Shown in pieces: positions 28,501-39,141 of a DNA stretch of 56,219 bases. Source of the stretch: Bacteriovoracaceae bacterium UBA4573 (lineage in GTDB: Bacteria; Bdellovibrionota; UBA1018; UBA923); assembly GCA_002387735.1 (NCBI GenBank), contig DGKJ01000120.1:1-56219 (forward strand). Direction: 5' to 3'. The position numbers and the translations under genes were made by a program. The notes under the pieces were generated by a model that saw only the letters and a program-made list of their open reading frames with translations, searched no databases and was not told the origin of the DNA. Positions within the stretch are counted from its first letter, which is position 1. Every line of letters starts with the position of its first letter.

Positions 28501-28596
28501 ACTCAAGTATTCGCCAGTTTAACAAGAAAATTGCAGCCTATTTTTAAGGCGGGAATAGGCCGATTTTTGTTCAAAAGACAGTGGCCAGTAAGATGT

Positions 28597-29562
28597 TCAA
28601 TTGTCCACAAGACTGGTCCGAAGTCGACGAATATATCCATTTATTTCGAGCTCTTTAAATTTGAATATCTCGTCCTCAATGTGGCATTGCCAACCCGGTA
28701 GGTCTCGCCTCAATTTCCGGTTCGAAAGAGCCATGTTCGAGGACCTTTTGGCCTTTAACTTCAGACTCTCAACCTTAGTGGGAATAATGAGCGAGTAATC
28801 AAAATCAAATGCCGCGCATATTTGCTGGGCAAACTCGTACTTGGATATCGAGCGATCACTCGCAACATGGTAAGTTCCACGAAGTCCGTGTTCGATCATT
28901 TCGTGTAATGTGGAAGATAGCGTATTGGTTAGGATGGGCGTGAACCAAACATCTTCTACTGCTGGAACAGTCTTGCCGTCGCGCAGCAGAAAATATATCC
29001 ACTCTGCGAGGCTACTCTTGATTTGGTAGTTCCAGCCAAAAAAGTTAGTACGAATAATTAGGTGATTCGAGCATTTCTTTCGAATGATGTCTTCGGCGAG
29101 TAATTTTGTTTCGGCATAATAATTAAGAGGTGTAACTGCCGATTCTTCGTCATGAAGAACGTTTTTCTCAGAAAAAAATGCGTCAGTTGACAAATGCACA
29201 AACAAACTTCGGTTGGCGCCACAATACTCAGAGAGTGAATCCGGAACCGAAACATTCAATTGATAGGCAAGTTCGCGATTGGTTTCGCATTCGTCCACGT
29301 TTACAGCAGCAGCAGTGTGAATTATGACTTCCGGGCGGACTCGTTCAAGAAGTTCAAAGAGTGCGGCTTTCTCTCGCAGGTCAAGCATATAGTTGGTTGT
29401 TCCTGATAACGAAATTGGATGGGTAAGATAGGTGCCGACAAGTCCGTACCGATCTCGAAGTTCCATGAGTAGGGTGGCTCCGAGTAGGCCGCTAGAACCT
29501 GTAATTAGGACTACCTTCTTAGACAGCTTTGGCGATTGGTCGCTAGGTTTTGAGTGTGTCAC
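28597..29562 (-). CDS. RmlD-like extended SDR (NDP-4-keto-6-deoxyhexose reductase)
   Basis: ITGSSGLLG, IIHTAA.VNVD.CE, HLSTD, YYAETK (YxxxK), IIRTN, FTPI, GTYH. Confidence 0.88.
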   Translation of the reverse strand: MTHSKPSDQSPKLSKKVVLITGSSGLLGATLLMELRDRYGLVGTYLTHPISLSGTTNYMLDLREKAALFELLERVRPEVIIHTAAAVNVDECETNRELAYQLNVSVPDSLSEYCGANRSLFVHLSTDAFFSEKNVLHDEESAVTPLNYYAETKLLAEDIIRKKCSNHLIIRTNFFGWNYQIKSSLAEWIYFLLRDGKTVPAVEDVWFTPILTNTLSSTLHEMIEHGLRGTYHVASDRSISKYEFAQQICAAFDFDYSLIIPTKVESLKLKAKRSSNMALSNRKLRRDLPGWQCHIEDEIFKFKELEINGYIRRLRTSLVDN

Positions 29563-29609
29563 TCCATTGACATTAATTCAAAAAAAGAGCAAAGCTTATA
29601 GAAAAATGA

Positions 29610-30614
<1,005 letters not shown>

Positions 30615-30630
30615 GAGCGGGGCCGAAGCA

Positions 30631-31443
30631 ATGTCTGTTAACTTTCGGTTGAACGACAAAGTTGTTGTAGTAACTGGAGCGGGCGGAGTTATTGGATGCC
30701 GTGCCTCCGAGGTGTTATTAGAGGCCGGCGCGAAAGTCGCTCTACTTGATATTGATATTCAAAATTTAGAAACCCTTGGAAAAAAACTTTCAAAAATTAA
30801 GCCTTCAAATTTGATGATTGTTGAATGCGACGTTTCCTCAGCAGATTCCGTAAAAAAGTCGGTGGATACGGTTGTGCAGAAGTGGGACAGTGTTGATGTT
30901 TTATTTAATAACGCAGCTTCAAAATCTGACAATATTGAGTCGTTTTTTGCTCCATTTGAAGACTATTCGATCGAATGTTGGCGTAGCATTATGTCCGTAA
31001 ACATAGATGGAATGATGCTTATGGCCCAGGCGGTCGGTAAACAAATGCTTAAACAGGGGCGCGGTGGATCAATGATTCAAACTGCCTCAATATATGGGTT
31101 AGTCGCACCCGATCAACGCATATATGAAGGTTCCCGATACCTAGAAACGTCCATAAACACACCCGCAGTTTATTCTGTTTCTAAGGGGGCGGTGGTTGCC
31201 TTAACAAAATACCTTGCTGCGTATTGGGGAACCAAGGGTATTCGAGTGAATACATTAACGCCCGGTGGAGTAGAAAGCGGGCAAAACGATGTTTTTAAGA
31301 GAAAATATTCCGAACGCGTGCCCCTAGGTCGAATGGCGAGAGTAGACGATTTAATGGGCGCAATTTTGTATTTGGCTTCTGATGCCTCAAGTTATGTGAC
31401 CGGGCAAAATCTCGTTGTAGATGGCGGGTGGACAACGTGGTGA
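30631..31443 (+). CDS. Classical SDR oxidoreductase (PtmA/ElaC-like)
   Basis: VVTGAGG.IG, NNAA, ASIYG..APD.RIY, YSVSK (YxxxK), LTPGG, P.GRM, VTGQN.VVDGG. Confidence 0.88.
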   Translation: MSVNFRLNDKVVVVTGAGGVIGCRASEVLLEAGAKVALLDIDIQNLETLGKKLSKIKPSNLMIVECDVSSADSVKKSVDTVVQKWDSVDVLFNNAASKSDNIESFFAPFEDYSIECWRSIMSVNIDGMMLMAQAVGKQMLKQGRGGSMIQTASIYGLVAPDQRIYEGSRYLETSINTPAVYSVSKGAVVALTKYLAAYWGTKGIRVNTLTPGGVESGQNDVFKRKYSERVPLGRMARVDDLMGAILYLASDASSYVTGQNLVVDGGWTTW

Positions 31444-32498
31444 ATGATAGCATTTCTAAAGAGATATTAATTCCTCCAACGGCTACAATAGAGGATGCTT
31501 TGCGTAGGTTAGTAGTCACCGTGCAGCAGGTTCTTTTTGTGGTCGATGAAGAAAGTCGAGTCACGGGTTGCATAACTGACGGCGATATCCGACGTGCATT
31601 GCTTCGTGGTGAGACAATTCATTCGAAAGTCGACAAGGTCGCTAGAACTACTTTCATTTTTGCGGGCCCAGAAACTCACCAAAAAAAAATATTTGAAATG
31701 ATGAAAAAAAACGGCGTGCGTCAAGTGCCAGTTCTAGATAAAGGTCGCCGATTATTAAAAGTTTACACAATAGACAGTTTTTTAAAGGAGAATTATGTTT
31801 TTAATTCTCCAGTAGTCATTATGGCAGGTGGTAGAGGCTCTCGATTAATGCCCTATACGGAAACCATTCCAAAGCCCATGCTTAACGTAGGCGGTCAGCC
31901 AGTGATCGAACGACTTATAATGTCGCTTCGAGAAAAAGGGGTAGACCATTTTTTTGTGTCCGTTAATTATTTGGCAGAAAAAATTATCGATTTTTTGGGC
32001 GATGGTTCGAAATATAACTGTAAATTCGAGTATATCTTAGAAGACACCCCCTTAGGGACTGCAGGTAGTTTAAGCATGCTTAAAGGGCGTATCGACGAGC
32101 CCTTTTTGGTAGTGAATGGAGACATACTTGTAAATATTGACCTAAATCTTTTGGCCGAGTTTCACCGAGTGCATAAATCGGTTGTGACGGCCTGTGCCAA
32201 ATATTTCACCTTGAAAGTGCCCTATGGGGTTTTCGAAATGAAAGGGCACGACGTTGCTGGAATTTCAGAAAAGCCAGAAATTCCATTTTTGGTTAATTCT
32301 GGAATTTATTTTTTTTCACCAAAAATTTTCAGTTATTTAGAAAATAAAAAAATGCCGTTGGACATGCCCGCGTTAATTTCAGATCTCATTTCTCGAGGGG
32401 AGTCAGTAAAGTGTTTTCAATCTCCGGAGCCTTGGATCGACATTGGTTCTATCGCAGATTTTGAAAACGCCCAAAAAAATTGGGATCGTATCTCTTAA
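31440..32498 (+). CDS. CBS-domain nucleotidyltransferase (PtmE/LegX-like)
   Basis: N-terminal CBS pair (ITDGDIRR), IMAGGRGSRL.P.T...PKPML, E..PLGTAGSL, NGDI, WIDIG; GTGA overlap with the SDR gene. Confidence 0.9.
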   Translation: MNDSISKEILIPPTATIEDALRRLVVTVQQVLFVVDEESRVTGCITDGDIRRALLRGETIHSKVDKVARTTFIFAGPETHQKKIFEMMKKNGVRQVPVLDKGRRLLKVYTIDSFLKENYVFNSPVVIMAGGRGSRLMPYTETIPKPMLNVGGQPVIERLIMSLREKGVDHFFVSVNYLAEKIIDFLGDGSKYNCKFEYILEDTPLGTAGSLSMLKGRIDEPFLVVNGDILVNIDLNLLAEFHRVHKSVVTACAKYFTLKVPYGVFEMKGHDVAGISEKPEIPFLVNSGIYFFSPKIFSYLENKKMPLDMPALISDLISRGESVKCFQSPEPWIDIGSIADFENAQKNWDRIS

Positions 32499-33592
32499 TG
32501 GAAGTTAAAGTGCATAGCCGTACATTGATCATCGCAGAGGCCGGCGTAAACCATAATGGTTCGATCGATGCAGCTTTCGAAATGGTCGATGTAGCTGCGA
32601 ACGCCGGTGTAGACTTTATTAAGTTTCAAACCTTTTCGGCTGAAAAAATTGTTACTAACACCGCAAAAAAGGCGCGCTATCAAATTGAAACAACTGATTC
32701 GTCCGAGACCCAGTTCCAAATGTTAAAGAAATTGGAACTCAGCGATGAAAATCACTTGAAGCTAATGGTTCACTGCAAAAAAATGGGAGTTCAATTTCTC
32801 TCGACCCCCTTTGACCTGGATAGCCTGAGTTTTTTGGTAAACACTTGCGGCGTATCTCAGTTAAAAATTTCGTCGGGAGATATTACGAATGGGCCGTTGC
32901 TTCTCGCGGCCGCTCAAAGCGGCCTGCCTGTTATTTTGTCCACCGGAATGAGTGATATGGACGAAATTGAGAGAGCTCTACAAGTATTAGCCTATGGCTA
33001 TTTACATAAAAATGAGCCGAAAAATTCTGCGGAAATCCAAGAAATTTTTCGTGGTCGAGACGTCAATCGAGTTTTGTCATCAAAAATTACTCTTTTACAA
33101 TGCACCAGCGAATATCCCGCGCCGTTCAATGAACTTAATCTAAAGGCTATGGCATCTATGCGAAATCGATTTCAAATTGATGTCGGTTTGTCGGATCACA
33201 GTGTTGGAGTTGCAGTTCCCCTGGCCGCAGTTGCGTTGGGAGCAAAGATTATTGAAAAACATTTTACTTTGTCGAAAGATCAGAAAGGCCCCGATCATCA
33301 GGCGTCTTTAGATCCGCTCGAACTTAAAACAATGGTTCGCTCTATTCGAGAAGTTGAAATGGCACTAGGTAGTGCTTTAAAAGAGCCTACTCCTTCTGAG
33401 ATAAAAAATAGGGTTTTTTTTAGAAAAAGTTTAGTCTCAGCGACGGACCTTACGAAGGGATCTGAGTGGAACTCACGTAATCTAATCGCAAAAAGGCCGG
33501 GAAGCGGTATTTCGCCGATGAAATACTGGGATTATTTGAATGTAAAAGCCGACAGAGACTATAGTGCTGATGAGGTAATTGATGGTGGTTAA
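32498..33592 (+). CDS. neuB: Nonulosonic acid synthase (NeuB/LegI family)
   Basis: IIAEAGVNHNG, KFQTF, STPFD, KISSG, ILSTGM, CTSEYP, GLSDHS, IEKHFT, PDHQASL, C-terminal SAF domain (RKSL, KRPGSGISP). Confidence 0.95.
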   Translation: MEVKVHSRTLIIAEAGVNHNGSIDAAFEMVDVAANAGVDFIKFQTFSAEKIVTNTAKKARYQIETTDSSETQFQMLKKLELSDENHLKLMVHCKKMGVQFLSTPFDLDSLSFLVNTCGVSQLKISSGDITNGPLLLAAAQSGLPVILSTGMSDMDEIERALQVLAYGYLHKNEPKNSAEIQEIFRGRDVNRVLSSKITLLQCTSEYPAPFNELNLKAMASMRNRFQIDVGLSDHSVGVAVPLAAVALGAKIIEKHFTLSKDQKGPDHQASLDPLELKTMVRSIREVEMALGSALKEPTPSEIKNRVFFRKSLVSATDLTKGSEWNSRNLIAKRPGSGISPMKYWDYLNVKADRDYSADEVIDGG

Positions 33593-34226
33593 ACCCCTAA
33601 TAGTAGTCGGAGCAGGTGGTCACGCTAAAGTGTTAATAAGTACGCTTGGTCTCTTAGATATGAAAATCGAGGGAATTTGCGAAAATAATGCAGAACTAGT
33701 CGGAAAAAATTTTGCTGGGTATCAGTTAATGAGCGAGAACGAAGTATTCAGTCGATATTCTCCTGCCTCTGTATACCTTGTGAACGCAGTTGGTAGTGTT
33801 GGAGTGACAAAAAATCGCAGTGATGTTTTTGAACGATTTAAGGCGCATGGTTACCTATTTCAAACCATTGTTCATCCTAAAGCGGTATTAGCGTCCACAG
33901 TATGCCTAGGCGAAGGGGCCCAAATAATGGCTGGAGCCATTCTACAAGACGAAGTGGCGATCGGTGTAAATTCGATTGTCAATACCGGTGCGATTGTAGA
34001 CCACGATTGCGAGATTGGAAATCATTGTCACATAGCCCCCGGTGCCACGTTGTCTGGTGGTGTTAGGGTTAGTAATTCCTCACATATCGGCACAGGAGCT
34101 GTAGTAATGCAAAAAATTAGAATTGCTGAAGGTGTAGTTATTGGAGCGGGTGCGGTAGTAAATAGAGACACGGACCCACGCAGCTGTTATGTGGGCGTTC
34201 CGGCAAAGTACCTAAAGTCTGTCTAA
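33582..34226 (+). CDS. Hexapeptide-repeat sugar acetyltransferase (NeuD/PglD/LegH-like)
   Basis: VGAGGHAKV, IVHP.A, NTGAIVDHDC.IG..CHIAPG, GAGAVV, GVPA. Confidence 0.92.
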   Translation: MVVKPLIVVGAGGHAKVLISTLGLLDMKIEGICENNAELVGKNFAGYQLMSENEVFSRYSPASVYLVNAVGSVGVTKNRSDVFERFKAHGYLFQTIVHPKAVLASTVCLGEGAQIMAGAILQDEVAIGVNSIVNTGAIVDHDCEIGNHCHIAPGATLSGGVRVSNSSHIGTGAVVMQKIRIAEGVVIGAGAVVNRDTDPRSCYVGVPAKYLKSV

Positions 34227-34939
34227 GCCAATCTGTTTTTCATGAGGGATTCTACAATTATAAAATCTCTTTCTTCATCAATGTCGAAAGCTTTGTCCGC
34301 GTCCATTTCAAAGCCAACACATCTGCCGTCCCAAATATATCCAGGTTTTCTTCTCAGAAATGCGGCATTATAAAAATAAATTGAGGCGTTCATGTCCCAT
34401 ACTTTTGGGGCGGATTGTCTTGTGACCAAAGACTGCCCGCTATTCATGGGCTTACTTAAGTGAAAGTACCCTTGGTTGTCCGATTCCACTTGGTTGAAGT
34501 AAGGGTTTTTTCTCGCCTCTACTACTGAGAAACAAACGTCACATTTCGAGCTCAAAAATTTGCTAAGACCGCTGTCTAAATCAGAAAAGTCACGAATTGG
34601 CGAGGTAACGTCTAAGTCTAGTACAATATCGAAACGCTCCGAGAAATGCTTTTCTGAAAATTCGAGCGCGTGACATAGGACAGGTAACTTACCGGCGGAG
34701 TCTGTGGAAAGCTCAGGAGGTCTCAGAAACGGAGCTTCTACACCGAACTTTTGAGCAGCAGCACCGATCTCGGCAGAGTCGGTTGATACAATAATATTTT
34801 TGTCAGAGTATCGCCAATCTTTAGCGGTTCGAATGGTATGTGCGATTAAAGGCAAACCAAGAAGTGACCTAAGATTTTTCCCAGGTACGCCTTTTGAACC
34901 CCCTCGAGCACAAATGGTCACAAGTATTTTTTTTTGCAT
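34223..34939 (-). CDS. neuA: Acylneuraminate cytidylyltransferase (NeuA/LegF/PtmB-like)
   Basis: ICARGGSKGVPGKN, VSTDS.EI, RPPELSTD, LDVTSP.R, NASIY, DID...DF. Confidence 0.92.
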   Translation of the reverse strand: MQKKILVTICARGGSKGVPGKNLRSLLGLPLIAHTIRTAKDWRYSDKNIIVSTDSAEIGAAAQKFGVEAPFLRPPELSTDSAGKLPVLCHALEFSEKHFSERFDIVLDLDVTSPIRDFSDLDSGLSKFLSSKCDVCFSVVEARKNPYFNQVESDNQGYFHLSKPMNSGQSLVTRQSAPKVWDMNASIYFYNAAFLRRKPGYIWDGRCVGFEMDADKAFDIDEERDFIIVESLMKNRLA

Positions 34940-35009
34940 TTGATACAGTAACTATAGTAATCGGAGTGAGTACTCAACTATTTTAATATTCAACATATCG
35001 CGGGTTTCG

Positions 35010-36842
35010 GTGCGAGAGATTCAGGGGCTGGAGTCAGTGACCAAAGAGCAAAAGTTTACGTTTTTTAAAAAGGCCCACTTCGAATTTCTAATACGCGGGC
35101 AAAAGAAAAGGGTTCTGGGGCTTTTTTTTGTAAGCGTGATTTTTGCCCTATCAGAAAGTTCGATAGTTGCTTCGGTTTATCCTTTAATTGGCTCTTTAGT
35201 ACAAACTCCAAGCGAGTCATTTCTATCAATTGATGCGCTAAATAAACTAGGGTTGCATACCTTTCTTGACCGAGCACAAGGTTCTATAATTGTTATTTGC
35301 GGTTTTATAGTTTTTGCGCAACTTTTAAAGTTCATATTTGGAGTTCTGCAGGAGGCCATTAATGCGAGAATAACTGCGGATATAATGTCCAATACTAAAA
35401 ACCTCGTATTCGAGAAACTTAGTGATTTGGAATATTCGGAACTGATAAGCAGTAAATCGGGGGAACTCTCCTATGTGGGCACTGTAGCTCCATCGAAGGC
35501 TGCCATCGCTGTATCAAACTACCTGCAGCTTGGCGTGGAATCTCTGAAGGCTGCCTTTATTCTCGCCACAATATTGGTGATCGATTTTAAAGTGACTCTC
35601 GCAATGGGAGCGCTTGGATTCTGTTTTGCAGTTTTGAATCAATATGTGACCAAAAAGGTTTCTTATATTACCGGTGCCGAGCGGCGAATTCACTCAGGAA
35701 ACTCTTTGGTTTATTTTCAGGAGTTTCTAAATGGAATCAAACAAATTTCTGTTTTCGGTGTGCAGAAATTTTGGGGAAGTTTATTTAATTCCTCCAATGA
35801 AAAGTTCGGTAACTATTACGTAAAAGATCAAAAGTGGCTTGCAATATCCAATCGGGCTTTCGAGTGTGTAAGTATTTCAGTTTGTTGCATTGCTTTAGGA
35901 GTTTTGGCCTATTTTGAACCAGCATTAATACAGCAGAAACTACCGCTAGTTTCGGTGTTTCTTTTTGCGATAATTCGATTTGTACCATCTGTAGCTTCAA
36001 TGGGGCGATTGAAAATGCAGATCGCCGGAGCGCGTTCAGACGTAGAGCGTCTGTATGATTTTTGTACCAAAGACGTAGCATCTATAAAAGACGGTACAAA
36101 AGACAACGTTAAATTCGAAAGAGGCATACGTTTTGAAAATCTAAAATTTCAGTATGAAAATGGAACTACTGTTTTTTCAAAATTAAATCTTGAAATAAAA
36201 AAAAATCAAACAATTGCTTTTGTCGGTCCTTCCGGAGCTGGCAAAACGACAATAGTAAATATGCTCGTCAAATTGATAAGACCCAGCAGTGGAAGAATAT
36301 TGATTGATGACGTCGACCTATCTAGTATTAAAATGAATTCCTGGCGAAAGCATATTGGGTTGGTGAGTCAGGATTCCTTTAGTTCCCATGGTACCATTTT
36401 AGAAAATATCGTCTTCGGTAGATCGGAATATTCTGTGGCAGAAATCGAAGCCGCCGCTCGCATGGCCAATGCCCACGAGTTCATTGAGCAACTGCCAGAA
36501 AAATATCAAACAATCGTAGGAGAACGCGGGCTCAAGCTATCAGGGGGGCAAGGGCAACGAATAGCAATCGCAAGAGCGTTATTGGCAAATCCCCCGATCA
36601 TCATATTTGATGAAGCGACGAGCGCTCTCGACAATCATTCGGAAAGCCTTATTCATCAAACAATAAAAAATCTTTCGGGAAAAAAAACGATTATCATTAT
36701 CGCACATCGTTTAGCTACAATTGAGCACGCTGACGTTATTCATGTAATTCGCGATCAAGAAATAGTAGAGTCCGGAAATTTTTCTGATTTATTGGTTAAG
36801 AAGGGTGATTTTTTCTCGCTTTATAGCAAACAAGGTCTCTAA
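35010..36842 (+). CDS. ABC half-transporter (TMD + ATPase), MsbA/PglK-like lipid-linked glycan flippase
   Basis: N-terminal TM helices, Walker A GPSGAGKTT, Q-loop, LSGGQ.QR.AIARA, Walker B IIFDEATS, IAHR. Confidence 0.9.
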   Translation: MREIQGLESVTKEQKFTFFKKAHFEFLIRGQKKRVLGLFFVSVIFALSESSIVASVYPLIGSLVQTPSESFLSIDALNKLGLHTFLDRAQGSIIVICGFIVFAQLLKFIFGVLQEAINARITADIMSNTKNLVFEKLSDLEYSELISSKSGELSYVGTVAPSKAAIAVSNYLQLGVESLKAAFILATILVIDFKVTLAMGALGFCFAVLNQYVTKKVSYITGAERRIHSGNSLVYFQEFLNGIKQISVFGVQKFWGSLFNSSNEKFGNYYVKDQKWLAISNRAFECVSISVCCIALGVLAYFEPALIQQKLPLVSVFLFAIIRFVPSVASMGRLKMQIAGARSDVERLYDFCTKDVASIKDGTKDNVKFERGIRFENLKFQYENGTTVFSKLNLEIKKNQTIAFVGPSGAGKTTIVNMLVKLIRPSSGRILIDDVDLSSIKMNSWRKHIGLVSQDSFSSHGTILENIVFGRSEYSVAEIEAAARMANAHEFIEQLPEKYQTIVGERGLKLSGGQGQRIAIARALLANPPIIIFDEATSALDNHSESLIHQTIKNLSGKKTIIIIAHRLATIEHADVIHVIRDQEIVESGNFSDLLVKKGDFFSLYSKQGL

Positions 36843-36844
36843 AG

Positions 36845-38425
36845 CTAGATTATAAATTCTTTTAAAGAGGCAGGTTCATTTACCCCAAAAAATTGTTCTG
36901 AAAAAGCACGCGCTCGAAATCTTTGAGCATTTAATTGTTCGAGCGGAAGATTTTTAATCTCTTCTAAAATGGGAACTATGGAGCGACTTTTATCGTAGAT
37001 CCATCTAAGGTCGGTGAGTCGATATAAAGGATCAAAGCAGATGTCATTCTCGCGCGAAACGTATATTACGGGTAAACCAATAGCGATCGCTTCGATTGCA
37101 GATGCACTAGCCGAATAAATTGCGATATCGGCTCTTTCTAGGTCTTCTCGTAGGCTTTTGCATTCCGAGAGTGCGATATTTTTTGGTAATGCCTTGGTTG
37201 TTACATTTAGATGGCTAATAATGGCGGACCATTTGTGCGCGGGATGCTTTCGAACTATGACTTTCCAGTCGTTGTTGTTTTCTAAATTGGCGATAATGTT
37301 TTTGGCAAAATCGGAAGTTTCAATCAAGTCGAGCAAAATCAGGATTGTGTTTTTAATGGTCTCATTTTTCGATTCAGTTTTGTAACTGCTACTTTGTCGA
37401 AGCGCGAATCCGACGGAAAGTTTCAAGCGGTGTTCCTGGCTAAATTCTCGAATAACACGGACAGCTTCTTGTCCAGCCGTGACTACGCGGTCCGGAATTG
37501 GAGCGTATAGCGATTCATCTGTTCCTAAAAAAAGGTTCATCGAACCTGGCGATACAATCGTATGCTGGTACCCAATGATCTGAGTTTTTGGACTGAATGT
37601 TCGTAGCGCTAAAACACACATTCGTTCCCATGGATTATTTTCCCAAGTGTAAACAAAGTGTGAAAGTTTTAGAGTTTTACTTATATTCTTGATCGCATAA
37701 TAGTGGCAAAGGGAGTGAATAGAGGTAGAACTTAAGAGGTCGAAAAAATATTGATATCTAAAAACGGACGTGACGTCTTTCTCGGCGAAGCGTATAGGAC
37801 CTTTTGGTGATGTAAATAGTCCCAAAATTATTCGGCCCCAAACACGAATAAGGTCGTAGGGTTCGAGAAAAAAATGTAGCGGTAAAATCCGATCTGAAGC
37901 ACGACAATGTGCGAGGGCTTTATTAAAATCGCAAAGAGGGTCGACTATCGTTAGAACTTTATGATTACCTGGGGGATTTGAAGCAAGTTCAGCCAAATTT
38001 CCAAAGTAAGGATCTTTGGAGTCACCAGAATCTTTAGGGTTTTGCAGAAGAAAACTTTTGATCAGATAAAAGGGAGTCTCGCGATCAGAACACAGACTCT
38101 GAAAGAGTTCAGCCAAGGCTCGTCGCGAAATAAAAGCATTTTTAGCAATTCTAAGGCTGACTCGTATAGAATGGCTCACAGCTTTTGAAAAAATTTGCAG
38201 TTTGGTTAAAAATGCAAGTTCTGCCGGATTTGAATCGTGCCAGATCGAGTAGCAGTGTTTTACGGAGAGGGAGGATGTTTTATTTTTTGAAGGTATCCAG
38301 GTAGCCCACCACGCGAGCGAGCAATTCAAGCTATTAAGTCTAGCAATTAGACTGCAATATTCTTGTACAAAAGTCCCGTTGGTATGGTCCGAATCGCTCT
38401 TCAACGTGGATTTCGATGGTTCCAC
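36845..38425 (-). CDS. Uncharacterised surface-carbohydrate protein with GT-B-like C-terminus
   Basis: WENNPWE, IIGYQH, VRKHP, and ADIAIYSAS.SAIEAIAIGLPVI typical of GT-B C-terminal lobes. GTG 38425 preferred (track start 38452). Confidence 0.6.
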   Translation of the reverse strand: MEPSKSTLKSDSDHTNGTFVQEYCSLIARLNSLNCSLAWWATWIPSKNKTSSLSVKHCYSIWHDSNPAELAFLTKLQIFSKAVSHSIRVSLRIAKNAFISRRALAELFQSLCSDRETPFYLIKSFLLQNPKDSGDSKDPYFGNLAELASNPPGNHKVLTIVDPLCDFNKALAHCRASDRILPLHFFLEPYDLIRVWGRIILGLFTSPKGPIRFAEKDVTSVFRYQYFFDLLSSTSIHSLCHYYAIKNISKTLKLSHFVYTWENNPWERMCVLALRTFSPKTQIIGYQHTIVSPGSMNLFLGTDESLYAPIPDRVVTAGQEAVRVIREFSQEHRLKLSVGFALRQSSSYKTESKNETIKNTILILLDLIETSDFAKNIIANLENNNDWKVIVRKHPAHKWSAIISHLNVTTKALPKNIALSECKSLREDLERADIAIYSASASAIEAIAIGLPVIYVSRENDICFDPLYRLTDLRWIYDKSRSIVPILEEIKNLPLEQLNAQRFRARAFSEQFFGVNEPASLKEFII

Positions 38426-39111
38426 TCGGTCAGCACCTTTTCCGCAAGCCAAAAGTCAAATTCATCGTGGATATCTATCGTAGTTCTAAAATCCTCTGTA
38501 GGAATAATTTCCACTACGCTCCCCAATCGTTTGCCTTCTCGAACAAGCCAAGCACGTGTAGCTGAAGCAACGCCTTGGTCCTCGCGGTAGGTAACTTTAT
38601 CTCCTCGTTCTTGTCGTGAGCTATAAACCGCTTCTGTAAGACGAACGTATCCCTCATTGGTTTTTTTCCAAAAGTGTTTGTGAGTTTTGTACCCTGAAAA
38701 GGCTGTGTGAACGGCAGGATTCTTTTTTAAATGATTCACGCATGCCGCAATCATTTCGGGGGTTCGAAATACATCAGTGGGTTGAAGGTAAACTACGATA
38801 TCGAATTTGGCTCCGATCATGTCTTCATAGGTTGTTAACGCGTGCGTGATAACAGGGTCTGGGGTAGCCGAATCAGTCGCGAGTTCTGGAGGTCGTCGAA
38901 AAGGTACTACCGCGCCCGCCTTCATGGATATTTCAGCAATTTCATCATCGTCTGTGGTTACAAGCACTTCGTCGCATACGCCAGATTCCTTAGCGTGATC
39001 AATGCTATGCACAATGAGTGGTTTTCCAGCTAATTTCCTGACATTTTTTCGCGGCAGTCCCTTAGAGCCACCGCGAGCCAGGATTATGGCGATTGTTTTT
39101 AAGTTATCCAT
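38401..39111 (-). CDS. Second acylneuraminate/ulosonate cytidylyltransferase
   Basis: ILARGGSKGLPRKN, VTTDDDEI, RPPELATD, LQPT..FR, DI....DF..AE. Confidence 0.9.
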   Translation of the reverse strand: MDNLKTIAIILARGGSKGLPRKNVRKLAGKPLIVHSIDHAKESGVCDEVLVTTDDDEIAEISMKAGAVVPFRRPPELATDSATPDPVITHALTTYEDMIGAKFDIVVYLQPTDVFRTPEMIAACVNHLKKNPAVHTAFSGYKTHKHFWKKTNEGYVRLTEAVYSSRQERGDKVTYREDQGVASATRAWLVREGKRLGSVVEIIPTEDFRTTIDIHDEFDFWLAEKVLTEWNHRNPR

Positions 39112-39141
39112 GCCTATTCCTACCTTAAAGAGCCTATTCTT

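Noticed and set aside
28536-28560. Hairpin GCCTATT-N11-AATAGGC between the RmlD-like gene and the repeat-domain genes
   Set aside because: AT-rich 7-bp stem, long loop and an imperfect U-tract; too weak to call a terminator.
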